From: Podarcis filfolensis
Lineage: Eukaryota
Direction: 5' to 3' (one strand)
DNA: 64,000 bases
Assembly: GCA_964270895.1 (NCBI GenBank)
Contig: OZ185439.1
Shown one piece after another: positions 1 to 13,648 of this stretch (positions within the stretch are counted from its first letter, which is position 1; every line of letters starts with the position of its first letter). The notes below the pieces were generated by a model. That model worked only from the letters and a program-made list of their open reading frames with translations. It did no database searches and was not told where the DNA came from. The translations under genes and the position numbers were made by a program.

Positions 1-691
1 GGTACTTTACCAAAACCTGACTACAAAGAATGTGACCTGAGTGCGATTCCACTTCTCTGTCAGACATCCACCATCCCTCTAGCCTAAAGTCATTCCTTGA
101 TCATTGCGTTTATTATGAAAGGGGTTTGCTCCCCAGCACGCTTGGTTAACTGGCAATGTCTCCCCCAAAAGCGTGTGGAAGAATGGGGTCCAAGACCTAT
201 TTTTTTGGGGGGGGGATATTGAGATCTATCTATGTACAGCTGAAATCTCTTTCCGACCAGGATAAGGACTTAACCGAAGCAGAATCTCGCTGATAATTTG
301 GTGGAGGGGGGTGTTCACTTCTACACCAGTCACCCCAGAATTTGTCTAACAATAGACAATTTGCCAGTTTAGAGAATGCAAAATCGCCCGCTGCTTCTTA
401 CCTAGTCAACATCATTTATTTTTGTTCCAAGAAACAGTAAGTTTGGCACGAGATCTTGTGCAAAATTACATAAAAGTGAGTTTCGTTGACGTGTGCCTGG
501 CGCAGGAAGACTTTAGCTAGTTAAAATGGTTGAAAACGTGGACTTCGTGGAATCTGCCATTCTAGGGTGCTAGGTGAAAGTCTATTAGGTGGGCAAGAAA
601 ACCGTTAAATGTCTACACATACACCAAATGTTGATCGGAGGGGGAGGGGAACATTCCTACCGAAAGCAACTTACAGTGCATTGCTGTGTGA

Positions 692-764
692 TACTCAGAA
701 TTAAATCCCAATGTATTCAATGGGGCTTCCTCTCAGGTAAGTGTGTATCGATAGGATTGTAGCC
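692..764. mobile_element. Short palindromic squamate MITE-like repeat
   Basis: CCCAATGTATTCAATGGGGCTT...CAGGTAAGTGTGT...AGGATTGTAGCC; related copies at about 8403-8449, 27476-27540, 38701-38770, 48620-48680 and 51815-51900. Confidence 0.55.
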
Positions 765-2470
765 TTACAGACATTAGTCCATTGCAAAAGTTGTTAGTAC
801 GTGGCACGACTTCACTAAGTAACCTTTGACAAGTTAACAGAGCCGGGGGCAGGTGTGCGAAGGGAAGTGGGGGGGCGGTCCTCTGCAGTTATATTGACAT
901 TTTCTAGCATTGAACCTCGTCTTCGCCCTTCAGACAGTGGGAAGTCTCGTATTACCGTATCAAATCAAACAGCTTGATTTTAATATAACACCAATGCTAT
1001 AAAAAAAAGCACATACTAAGACCTACCAAAGATATGAGGGTCTTATAATATATAAAGTTTAATAACACGAACAAGCATTCAAGGGCGAGATGATCTCCAG
1101 CTCCTTTAAACTGTGTAAACACCGTAAGAAGAATGGAGGGGAGAACGGGCAAGAAGAGTGATGGCTTTTATTGTTATGTTTGTTTGTTTGTGCAGCTTTT
1201 GCTTTGTTCCGGAAGCCAAAGTCTCTCCCCCTCCCTGTGGTAGAGATCCATTTGAATCCACGAGTAAACTCGGTGTGCAGTTTTATAAGCCGCGAAGTTC
1301 TTTATTTAGACCCACTTTTTTTTTTTAAGGACGCTGTTTTTGAGGAATGCAATACGTTCACACTTCCAGCGTTAAGAAAGTAACACCACTTGTTAGCACA
1401 ACTGTTAGCGTACTGTTTCACACGCTTGCTCGGCGCTGGGTTTTCTAAGAACTGAAATCACTGCGCCCACGCTATTGTTATAACTACTACAGAAAAGTGA
1501 GAACAACCAAAGCCAAAGCTTTCGAGAAGCGGAAAGTGCAATGAACTTGAAGGTGCTGTTGCTGTTGCTGCCGCCGCCGCTAGTGCTACTGCCTGTGCTT
1601 TTTCACCCGAGGGAATCATCTTCTCTTCCATTGTAATTTCCAGGGCTCTCTCGAGATGCCGTTCAGACTCCCTTGAACTTTGTTAAACTTTCAGACCTCG
1701 AGGGCTAACTACTTCTCTGGCTAATTCCAGTGGATTTATCGCCGGGTACTATCTAAACCCCGCTAACTTTAGTATCTAATTTATCCAGTCCTCATTTGCA
1801 AACTGTCTCCTACCAAGTCGTGTCAACCAAAGGTCAACTCTACACAGCAGTTATGTTCACTTTCCTTTCCTTAAAAAAAAAAGGAAAGAGAAGGGGGGGG
1901 ACTAAGGAGGAATTCAAATTAAACCTTTTCTAAATACCTGTGAGTTCCAGTCACTCCGAGTTACAATTTAATAGAATGGGCGCATTAAGAAGCCATTCAT
2001 AAGAATAGTTTAAGTTCATATGAAAACGTTTATTTGTAGGAGGCTGGAAAACGCTATATGCAGATATCATTTAAATTGCAAAAGGATATTTTAGGTGCAT
2101 TATTTCCAACAATACTAGTGCTAGTGTGCTAGTGTGATTAATATTAATAACATTAATAATAATATTAAATTGCCCTTAAATCCTAAATGAATTATCTCAG
2201 AGCCCCGTGACAGCTTTGTTATTACGCCCTGGTATAAAAAAAATGTAAATATCATGGCCTCGATCTCCTCAAAGTAGCTCCAGCAAAAACAATACCAGCA
2301 ACAAAAAGTTGCTGGGCAGATTCAGTTTTCGTGCCATAAAGTCTGTCCGAGCCAACAGATAGTGATCATGCTTGTTCCTGTTGCGATTTCAAACGCCACA
2401 ATAGTTTAACTCTGTCCTGTTTGATGTGAAAGTACTTGGGCAACGCTGCTCGCAAACAAAACAAAACATA

Positions 2471-2488
2471 CACTCTCTCTCTCACTCA

Positions 2489-2526
<38 letters not shown>

Positions 2527-2550
2527 CACGTCACACACACACGCGCGCGC
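2471..2550. repeat. Compound (CT)n-(CA)n-(CG)n microsatellite
   Basis: Directly visible. Confidence 0.9.
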
Positions 2551-5500
2551 AGAGGCTATCCGAGCAGTGCCATTTTGCAATGGAGCAACGCATCACTTAC
2601 CAAAGCTGGAGTGTAGATTTTCGGCAAATGCTGTCAGTAGGGTTGAGAAGTGAATAACTGGAGGAAAAGTTGGAAGAGGACTTGTGTGTTGTTGTTTTTA
2701 AAGGAAGCCAGAGGGAAGTTGAGAGCACAGCGCTCTCTTGCTCTTTCTGGCCGCCACCACCGAAACAAAGATCTGGGAGTTAAGAGAGCAAAGCCGTGCC
2801 AGATCTATACAGAAAGAGGGAGAGGGAGAGAGAGGGAGAGGGAAAGAGACGGGGAGATTATATCCAGGGCCAAATCTCAGTTCCACATTCCCTCCAGCTA
2901 AGCGAAAAGTGTAAACGCTCCGGAGGTAAGAGATGTGGCGGGAGGGGGAAATCTCCTGACAATAAATATTATTTTGTAAACAAAACAGCTTTCAAACAAA
3001 GCTCCAGGCTGGTGTAGGGGTTTTTTTGGGGGGGTACTTGTTAATTATTGGCCAAAAGAATGAAAGAGATACTAAAATAGGCTAGATAGTTTGAAAGGGA
3101 AGGGTCTAAACATCTAACTATGGATCTTGTTCTGTGTTTCTGCATTTTATTCTCTGTTACCCTAGCATTTTAATATCCCCCCCCCCAAGAAAAAAAGTAT
3201 CTAAACATCTTTATTTTGGAAGAAGAAACCGGGGTTTAACTGGATCTATGAAGTATAGATTAATAGGCTAATTTAGTGTGCGTAAACAAAGCAACCTTGC
3301 AACAGTGTTTTTAGAATGCAGTGATCTTAAATAAGGAAGATTAAAAAGGAAGATGATCAACAGTTGTGGGGGGCGGAGGTTTCTCCACCCACGTTTTGAA
3401 CAAAACGAATCCATCTGTTTACACAGGCATTGACTGGACACGTGATCAAGGTGTGCGCGCGTGTGGTTCTCTTTGCTTCAATCCTCTTTTTAAAAGTCAC
3501 CAAAATCTCTTACGTTATCCTGCCTAAAATATGCTCTGTGGGCGCAGGGTTGTAGGACTGCGACAAACATTTGCGGTCGTTGAAGCCTACATTTTAAAAA
3601 AAAAAAAGTCTCTAGTTTTAAATTCCAACCTGGTGTAAACAAATGGTTGTAAATGATATCGGAGTCGAGACAGTAGATTTAAGCCTTTATTCCTATTTGC
3701 AGGCTCAGGGTTATTTCCTTGTCACATACAGTGCTTAGATGTCAGGGGTCTGAAATGGAACGCCGAAGAGATTTGTTTATTTTGTTGCTGTTTTTAGGGC
3801 GAAATAACCTTGATAATGGCAGATCCTTTATTACGGGAGGAGGGGGCAAGAAATATGGAAGGAGGAAGAGAGAGTGTCCACAAATGAGATGTGGTCAAAT
3901 GCTATTCATGTAGTCTTTTTACTCCACCCATAATAGCCCAGCCACTAACTTTGAAAATGAGTCTCTAGTCTGAACCTGATGTCACCTTGAGGTGAACTGG
4001 GTGAGAGGAAATTGTCATCGACAATTGGTGATTTCGTGTGTGTGTGTGTGTGTATTGGGGGGGGGGGGAGGGAGAGAGACAAAGCTGACTCCGAGTGAGG
4101 TTCCACTGTCTTGTATGAGGTGCCACCTATTTACACGCCTTTAGTCCCACCTATAACTCAGAGAGGCTTAAGTACCGCTAAGCGTTAAGTCAGTGCCCTC
4201 TTACAGACTTTAATGGCACGCTGAAGGGTGAAATCCAAGAGCTTTGACCGAGTTGTAAGGCTGGCTAAACATAGCTCGAGCAGTCACTGCTGCGTACCTG
4301 GTGTGTGATTTCCTCATTATGACAATGGGCTAGAAAACAATAGCTTCTTTTAAAAAGAAAGTCATCTTTTATTTATGCAGCTTTTTCTCCCTCTTGGCCT
4401 ATTAGGATGGCTCTCTTCTCATTTTAAACACACACGTTAAATAGTTGTAAATGACACATTTACCTAGAAAGTTAGGCCAACTGAAATCACTGCACTTCCA
4501 GGTCCGAGGTTCCAGTCATATTTCACGCTATTTATCTTTTAATTCCAAAAGAGTAGGACGAGATCTAGAAGTAAATTACGCCCCGGTGTAGATGGAATGG
4601 CGGAGAGAATGTGCTCTGGTCAGCACCTAGGACCAAGAGAAAGCTTTTGGCCTAGGCAGGCATCTCATCTGAAAATTATTAGTGCTGAGGAGTCCAGCTA
4701 AAGGATTCATTCAACGCGATAGGTTGTGCTCGTCCGACGTGTAGAGGCTTGGGAGAAAGGGAGGAGGGACAGACTGGAGGATATTTGTCAGACAAGCCAG
4801 AGCTAAGCGTTAGGGTCTCACTCTGTAGCGAAAAGGCCACCGCTGGGGCCTAAGGAAAGATCTATTCGAGAGGAATGGTTGGGCCCACCTAACCGTGGAA
4901 TAAAATGCATTTGATAACATTATGTGATGTGGATATATGGGGTCGTGAGGAGAGTAAAAAATAAAGTTTTCTTTCAGAAACAGTGCTGCGTGGCAACTCT
5001 AGGGCTTCCTGGTTCAACCGATGTGAAATGATTGTTCACGGAGTGGCTGCGATCACAGAATTCTCCTTGAGAATGGTCTTGTTGCTGCTGCTATTGCTGC
5101 TGACGCCTTATAGAGCCTCTCGGGGTTTTTTCCGGGTGGGGGGGTGTTACAATGTTTGTTGTTTATCTGTCAAGGTTTATGAACCTTCTGTGCCTTGTTG
5201 TATTACGATCTTGCTTAAACCATAGATGTCTGAAAACAAACACGTGCATATTCCCCTACCAAACTATTTTGGGAGCCTCGCCAACGGTTTCCCGATGATT
5301 TAGGCTCTGTGTGGTTACCTTCTCTAGACAGTTTAGGAAGTGCTGAGAGTTATAAATATGCAACAGCACGTGGAAGCTGTGCCCGAGCTTGAGGAAGGCG
5401 CATGCGCGTCCAGTCTACATCTAACGCCAAGCGTTGTGTGTTCTTAAAGAGAGCAGGCTGTTTCATGTGTGGCATTGGAAAACTCTGTTAGAGACCGCTG

Positions 5501-6155
5501 GCAGCCCTGATGTAGCCAGAAAGCACAGCGAAGCTTCTAAAAACGTGGTCTTTTCTTGTTTTCCAGGAACTCTCCTTAACAAAAAGCAAAGCAGAATACG
5601 TTACCTATCTCCAAATCCCCAGATTCACTTGTCGTGAAAGAGGCAGTATCGAAAAGAAACCACGTGGCCTTACAGTGGTTTGTTTGTTTTTTTGTGTGGC
5701 GGGGGATGTGTGTGTGTGTGTGTGTTTAATGCGATTTATTTATTTGCTTATTTATTTTTCCCCTCCCTATTTCTCTGTCGTTGCCCTTTGCCTTTTTTAA
5801 TTGTAATGGTTTAAAACGTACGCACATGAGAAATAACCGAATTGGGTGACACATAATAAATATCATTAAAAGTATTGTCAAAAAAGGGGGGGTCGTAAAA
5901 GGACATTCGCAAACATAAACAAGCACAGGTATATCTTTGAATACGCCTGACTTGTATAATCCATATTTAAATAATTATTATGCATAACAATATTAAGCAC
6001 ATTGCTTGCAAGGGAAATAGCATAAGCCCATGCTTCATGCTCCCACTGAAATAAATGTGACTTCAAAGTGCTTTATTTTGCCGGATTGTGTCCTAGCAAG
6101 CAAGATTATCACACACTACACATATATAAATACAGACTCTCCCAGGATAACGTGT

Positions 6156-6158
<3 letters not shown>

Positions 6159-6192
<34 letters not shown>
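6159..6192. repeat. (CA)17 microsatellite
   Basis: Directly visible. Confidence 0.95.
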
Positions 6193-6193
<1 letters not shown>

Positions 6194-9100
6194 TATCTTG
6201 GAGAAGCCAGCACGATTGGGTAGTTAATTTGATTTATTATTCTTCAAAAACACTGCCTCCAATAGGGGTGTCATCTGGAAACTTCATGCTATTTTGTACT
6301 ATCATTCTAAGGCTGAAATAAATGTTACCAATTGATGACAGCTTCCAGCTGCACGGTAAAAATAGCCCTCTGGTTTCACATGATCCTGTTTCTTGTTAAT
6401 CGAGGATGAAGCAGGCCTGACTTACAGAACCTAGAAGGGGAAGGGTGGGTTTAAAGATTGAATTGACTTATTATTTTGGAATTGTTTATTATTTGTTTAT
6501 TATTTTATACAAAGATTTATATCCTGACCATCTAGTGCTTATGTACTGTGTAGGAGACAGATTGAAAAGATAGATTTAGATATACACAATACAATTAAGA
6601 AATGGGCATACGACAATTGTACACAAGAAGCATAATGTGCGTGTGCATGTGCGTGCGCACATCCTATTTATTTTCTAAAATGAATAGAGAAGTAAGCATT
6701 TATTTTATTATATTGTTTTCTTTATAATCATACATGTACACACACTTACGTTAACAAGTGGAATAAGTAGCAAACGTCTAAGAGTGAGGAGTGTGTGTGT
6801 GTGTGTGTGTGTGTGGTGGATAGACAGAGTAAAGAGGGGGAGGGGGAGAGTGTACTACGGTAAGACCACACAAAAAAGCATCAAAGGCAATGTGGGAGGA
6901 AAGCCAAATAAAAATTAATTAAAATGCGAAGTTACCAAATGCAAAACAAGCAGGGATATGTGATTTGAACCAGTATGCACGAAATTTACAGCTAAGCCAT
7001 ATAGTTGTCCATTAGATGCACATTAGATAACAGGTATGTATGTATCTGATATATTTTTAGCTCCCAAACAAAAGTTTTATATAAACAGGGGAAACCATAA
7101 CTAGGAGGCCCTATCGAAAACCCATGTAAAGAAATCTCAGCAGGTGTAAAAAAAAAAGTGGGTTTGTCAGGATTTCTGAGTGATATATAAATTGTCCTCT
7201 GCCTACTTTAAATTAAAAAAATCTAATTTCTGCAAACACCCTTTGTCCACAACTCGCCATCAAAACCTTCATAGCCTTATTTTGCTTTCTTCTCGAAAAT
7301 GTTATCTGACTCTCTTTAACTCTTTGTAACTGGTGAATGGTCAATATCTTTTTATTCTTACGTCATTCGAGCAGGTTAAGTCTATTAATGTGCGCATAAA
7401 GGCTACATAAACACAGCCAAGTAAATAAATACACCGAACAGGGCACTAATGCGGTTATAGGTGGATAGTGTAGGTATACGAAGGTATATGAAGTAGAAAA
7501 AGCGTAAAAGTGCCCGTCCATTTCTTGCGCTCAGTTCCTTTAAATACAACTGTATTCCCTTTTTCGACAAAAAGACGCCAGCTACCACTCCTCTGCCAGA
7601 AATATAGATCTTCCCATATAGATTTTCGGGGGGTTGTCATACTAACTTCAAAGAAAATCATGCGTCAAGTTTATTATTTAGAAGTATTCCATCCCTGCTT
7701 TCCCATCCCGCCTCCCTTGGAGAGCTCACATTGTAGGCCAGCTTGCCCTCTCATTTGCCTCTTCCCTCTCCTGCCCTTAGACTCCTATCCTAAACAGTTA
7801 CTTGGAAGTAGATTCAATTGAATTTTACAGGGAAATAAATGGGAATTTCAGTCAGATTTCCGTGAAAAATCAATAATTCAAAATGGAATTTCGTTTTCTG
7901 ATCGTTTCAGTGGAATGTCAGGGGGAAACCAAGAGTCTGCATTATTTAGGATTGGGGTATAAATATGCTCCCGAGCAAAGCAAATTTCTTTTTTAAACAA
8001 CAACAAGAGAGAATTGTAGTTTATGTTTTACGTTTGTAAACAAAATTATTCCTGTTGTAAAGCATGCAACAGATTGGCCACTCTACTACTGTCGAAATTC
8101 CACGTGATCTTGCACTACCCTTTATTCCGAATGTAGCTCGTTCTTAAAAAGCTTAATTTTAAGATTTAACAGAACCATGTATACTCAAAAGTTAATCGTA
8201 TTAACATCAGTGGTTTTTACTTCAAAGTATGCTTCTGATTACATCTCACAAGTACGGGCTCCTATTTTCTATTTACAGAAAGTATGGGAGGGTGATTGAT
8301 AGCATTGGGGAAAAATAGTTTAAAACGTAAATATTTATGAAAACTTCAGGTTGCAGACAGCTTCTTTTCTATTGCGTGTTTACTCGTCTGTAAATTATGC
8401 TAAGTTAAATGGGTGTTACTCCCAAGTAAATGTACACAGGATTGCAGCCAGTGAAGTCTACCTGCGGTTTGTGTGTGTGCCTATAAAACCCGCACGAACA
8501 TAATCATATCCACACATTTTGGACAGTGTTTCTGGGTGGTCTTCAAAGGTTCCGCATTGGCGTACAGAAATCTTACATCCTTTGGAAGATGACGCGGAGT
8601 CTGGGAATAAAACAACATCATCTGAGCTACAGGCTGCTGCCTCAATAATCCAAACGCGCGGCTCTCCATGCCCCACAAGCCCGCTTCTGCATTGTCTGGA
8701 GTTTCTGCTAAATAGACTCTAACAATTCATATTTCTCAGCCAGCGTTCACGTCTTTCCATACCTAATAGCCCATGAAGAAAAGTATGAAATATACATCTC
8801 ACGAAGCAGACATTAAAAGTACCCGCACAATGAGAGACTGGGTTGGAGTTTAAAAGGCCATTTAATGCAACCTCTCTTCTTAATAGCATTCTTGTCAAGT
8901 ATTTTTTTTAAAAAATAATGATCTTCGCCAGGTATTGATTTATTCAGTAAAAGAGTTAATTAAGCATTCTTACAAGAAGCCACGATCTCTCTCCATATAT
9001 GTGTGAGAGAGAGTGTGCGCGTGCGTGTGTGTATAAACACACACATACATATAAATAGTGCATGTCTATTTATCTGTTCAAAACCAGACAGATGCAATAT

Positions 9101-11334
9101 TGTAATTAAATGTATTAAACTTTTAAAACATTCTAGCGCCCATCGCTGAGTTGTGTAATCAAATAAGTGTGGCTGACTGGTTATTCCGAGAAGCCTGTTA
9201 TTTTATAGGTCGTGGGGATACTATGGGGTTGTTGTTTTTTTGGCTGGGGGATGTTACAATACAACTTCAAGCATAGATAGAACTTAGTTTTAATGATGTT
9301 CAAAATCGTCTGATTTGAAAATGACAGAATACTCGGTATTGGTAGCCAGGCAATCCATTCAGATAAAACATATTTCTAAAACAAACTACCACTGGAGAAG
9401 AATAATAAAATCTACACCCAAAGAAGCTATGGCATTTATCTTTTAAGATTCTTCTAGATTTTGTAAAAATGAACCGATGATTCCTTTCAATCATGCTGGT
9501 GGTGGGCGGGTAAGGGAAGATAATATTGTATATTGCCCTATATCTTCTTTCCTTTTCCATTTAGGCTCGCATACTAAATCGCTGAAACTGCTACTTTCCC
9601 GCTAAGGCTAACGGTCTGGAGACGACTAAACTTTATCATTGCATTTCTTTAGGGTTAAATGAATACCCAGCGTGTCTTTCGGCCGCAGTTCCTCCGGGTT
9701 GTGCCTCAGCCTCTATGGTTCTCTCGAACTTCTTTCAGTATCTGTAGGCCCTGCAAGGTGGCGCTCTTTGCACTGGAAGAGCTGATAAATGAGCTTCTCA
9801 TTAGAATAACATTTTCTAGGAAGTGAAGTTTTTAAAAAAAACACAACACAAAGCAGGCTCTACTATTTCTTAACTGTTTCTTTCCGACTGAAAAGATCTA
9901 TAAGACATCGCAGCGCATCTCCGCGGCCCAGATCCTACTTCCTAAGGGTCCAGAGAGGCCTATGTAGATTTAAGTAAAACATTCCAGCAAAACACCAAAA
10001 CACAAGCTTCTCCTTCCCCCATGACTCTGTTTACAAAAATCCTGCACAAAATAATAAATATATACCAGGACAATATATACTGTGAGTAGCTAGTAGACAT
10101 GCGTATTAAGAACTGAGATAACTTGGGGATCCAAACCAGCTTCACTATCCCCAAATCCTCATCGCCGTTGATGCTGCGGCTGACTCGCTGAACTTCTAAA
10201 TATCTATATATCTATATTTTAAAAGAAGCTGTTAAAATGCCATCTTGGCCTACAAGAGAGGTCAGCAGGTGCAATTCACTCTGTGACATAATATCCCAAA
10301 CACAGAGAGCTCATGATCTGTGTTGTCTGTTGATATGTTGTCTGCTTAATGGGGCGATCATGCAACCTACACCAAGGAACAAAGCCTAGCGGTTCCTACA
10401 AGCGTCGCTAAGTTAACGGAAGCACCACAGCTTGCAAATCTATCAAACTAAACTGCAAGAAAGACAATCTGATTTAGAGAAAAAGGCGTTCTGCCACAGT
10501 CATTAAGCACAAGTAATTTAGATTTTTTTAATATATATTGTCTTCTCATTTACAAATTTACTGTATCACCGCCAGCCAATGGAACGAATTTCTTAAGTAA
10601 ATGGGGGGAAATAAAAGAGATAATCAAACTACATAAACTCCCTCCCACCCTCTCTGGGTTTGTTTTATTTTGCTGCTGTTGTAAGGAACAACTCTGGCAA
10701 AATTATAGTAAAAAAAGAATACCAACTGCAAACACAGAACGGAGCATCTAAACAGAGGGATATAATATAATGGCGTGGCTTTGGGGGTAAGAGGTGAGGA
10801 TCGCAGAAGGCCTTGCAAGAATAAAAAAAATGACTCAGATTAAATGATACCTAAAAGCTTCTCAAATTTAAACATATGAATTCTTTTCGCAATTACTGAT
10901 TGTAGCAAAGAGCTAATCCATTTTATGATATTGTGGCAACACCTCATCCTTTTTTCTTCCCCCTGACAAGATTTGCATGGTCGTATGCAATCTATTGCTA
11001 CTCTGCTGTAGCTGTTGTTACTGTTATTATTAGGAGTCAGCAATGGTCATTTAAATTATATTGCAGCCAAAAACTTTTGTTTCATAGGGTTTTCTATAAA
11101 TACTAATTACATCCTACCCTAAATGCTAGCAGGGGCACATCAATTTATCACATTAATATCAAAGTTGCTGGTCTAGTGATGACATAATGGTAGTACAGTA
11201 GGACAAGGAGTGGAAGTCAGGGGGCAGGATTCTTGGTCCAGTCTGTATACTGTCCTGAAAACTAGCTAAGTTGCAGCAGAGCAGCAGGCTTAGTCAATAA
11301 GGATTCCTACCACGGATTATGGGATTTCAGAATC

Positions 11335-11340
11335 TTTAAT
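11335..11340 (-). terminator. Candidate ZIC1 polyadenylation signal ATTAAA
   Basis: Plus strand tttaat is ATTAAA on the mRNA strand, at the end of the U-rich 3' UTR-like block. Confidence 0.45.
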
Positions 11341-12182
11341 AAGGTACGAAATGTTACCAAACAGTTCTGTAAACTAAATTGTACATACCAATTCTTCTAG
11401 CCATAAATATTGAATATCTGTAACATGTATAACCGGACCTTTACATGCGGATAAATATGGAAATTAGGAAGTATATACAGTATGTGGTTGTATTTGCCAA
11501 AAGCAATGGACAGGTTATAGTTTATAGCTTTTTTTTTTAATACCACTTTACATAAACAAATGTAACAGTTTGACACGCAGATCCAGGCTTGCACTATACG
11601 AATTTCTTGACAGGACGTGTAACAACATTTTACTGCACTACTTAGACTGGACTTTGGGACGAAATGTTTGCACTTTATACAAAAGAAAAAGCACATTAAT
11701 ACCAATAATATTCTGTTAGGTCGACGTTTAGACTGTAATAATACAAAGTAATTCACATTTTGGTACACATTTACTAGAACATCCTTGCCATTCAGTACAA
11801 ATAGATGATTTGCTACCTCCTCCCTCCTTCCCCCCCACTTTTCAACCTCCTCCCCAACCCCCTCCCCTATTCCCCTCCCCCCACATATATATGCAAAGAC
11901 CACAATTCCACGTATCCCCTTATTCAACTTGTGGTATAACTATTTACAAAATCAAACAGTACATTGTAAGCTAGTATTTCTGTATTTACAGAAAACAAGG
12001 CGCTGCCCAAAGAGACATGCAGTTGAAGAACTCCAGTCAGTGGTTCCATTAAAAAGCCCTGCACATCGGCAAGATGGCCCAATAACCCTGCTCTTCTCAC
12101 GCACTCTAGAAAAAAACCATTTGCTTTCCAAGCCTTTGCCCCAAACACGACAAAACCAAAACAAAACAACAGAAATTGAAGA

Positions 12183-12186
12183 AGAG

Positions 12187-12231
<45 letters not shown>
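12183..12231. repeat. (GA)n/(GATA) microsatellite in the ZIC1 3' UTR
   Basis: Directly visible; reads (CU)n on the mRNA. Confidence 0.9.
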
Positions 12232-12235
<4 letters not shown>

Positions 12236-12372
12236 TTGATTTGATTCGGTCCTGGGTCTATGGGCAGCATTAAAAAAAAAATCAAAACACACAAAAAGAT
12301 CGATTTTCAAAGTGTTCATTAATTTTTGGAGTCTTTTAAATAGGTTGGATTTGCATTTGTTTGTTCGTTTGT

Positions 12373-12570
<198 letters not shown>

Positions 12571-13484
12571 CTAGAAAACAGAAATGAATAACAAAGGGAA
12601 ATGCTTGAAGTGTGTGTGGATTCACACATAGATATACGTGTATCGCTGGGTGCACACCCACCCACCCATCCCTGGCTAGATAAATATATAAATATTGTTA
12701 TACCCATGCAAACAATATGCACGTATGCATCTGGCCCATTTACTTGCCCAACATGCTAAATCACGGAGCTGAGCTCACAGATTGAACTCTAAATGCCACG
12801 GTGGGGGGAGGGTGGCGGCGCGGGGGAAGCGTGAAGTTTGAAATACTGCTTCGCTAATCAGGATGTTGGCTGATCTCATAGAAGCGCCGAGCCCTTAACT
12901 TAACTATACACCGAGATCGCCTGTTCTCAGCTAATTTCAGGGAACTGCCATGCAAGATAAATACGGCCCTGGGATACACAAAAGAAGAACGATATCCTAG
13001 CGGAGGCTTGAACAAGAAACCCAGAGTTTCTATGCCTGCCTGTGTCCCTTCAGACTCCCCATCGAGTCTTTTTCTTTAAATTCTCCCCCTGAAGCAATGC
13101 ACAACCCCAGGCTAGCCCAAACCGGGATCCATTGTGAGACAATTTACAGCGTAAAGGACTGGAATCCCGGGTCTCCAGAAACGAAGACTTTCCACGCCTT
13201 TAAGCAACGTAATCACTTCTCCTTTAATAAACCTTTCCAGAGTGACAGAACAATACGGGCTAGTTTCCCAGTTTCCTGTCCGGAACGTCGCGTCACTACT
13301 GTATAAACTACTGTTTATAAGGAATAAATGTTTATTTCCCTCCCCCCTCCCCCCTCCCCCCTCCTCCAGTAAATAGCGGTGTGCAAAGTCGATGGTGGAA
13401 GGAGAGAGGCGAAGGCCACCCGGCCCAAGCAGATCCCAATGAAAAGAGAAGCTGGGGGGGGGGGGGACTGAGTCTAGCATTTAC

Positions 13485-13648
13485 CTTCATGTGTTTTCGG
13501 AGGGAGCTCGGGTGCGTGTAGGACTTATCGCACATTTTGCAGAGATAAGGTTTGTCTGAAGTGTGGACGTGCATATGCTTTTTGCGATCGCTGCTGTTGG
13601 CGAAGCGCCTGTCACAGCCCTCGAATTCACACTTAAAGGGTTTTTCAC
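13485..13648 (-). CDS. ZIC1: ZIC1 coding exon 2 (zinc fingers 4-5), 164 nt
   Basis: Acceptor TTTGTAATAG|GT; encodes [55 protein letters not shown]; donor AAG|GTAAAT; frame consistent with exons 1 and 3. Confidence 0.97.

Larger units (their letters stand above)
11310..12372 (-). other. ZIC1: ZIC1 3' UTR (about 1 kb; distal end approximate)
   Basis: Follows the stop codon; U-rich on the mRNA strand; candidate ATTAAA signal at 11340-11335. Confidence 0.6.
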
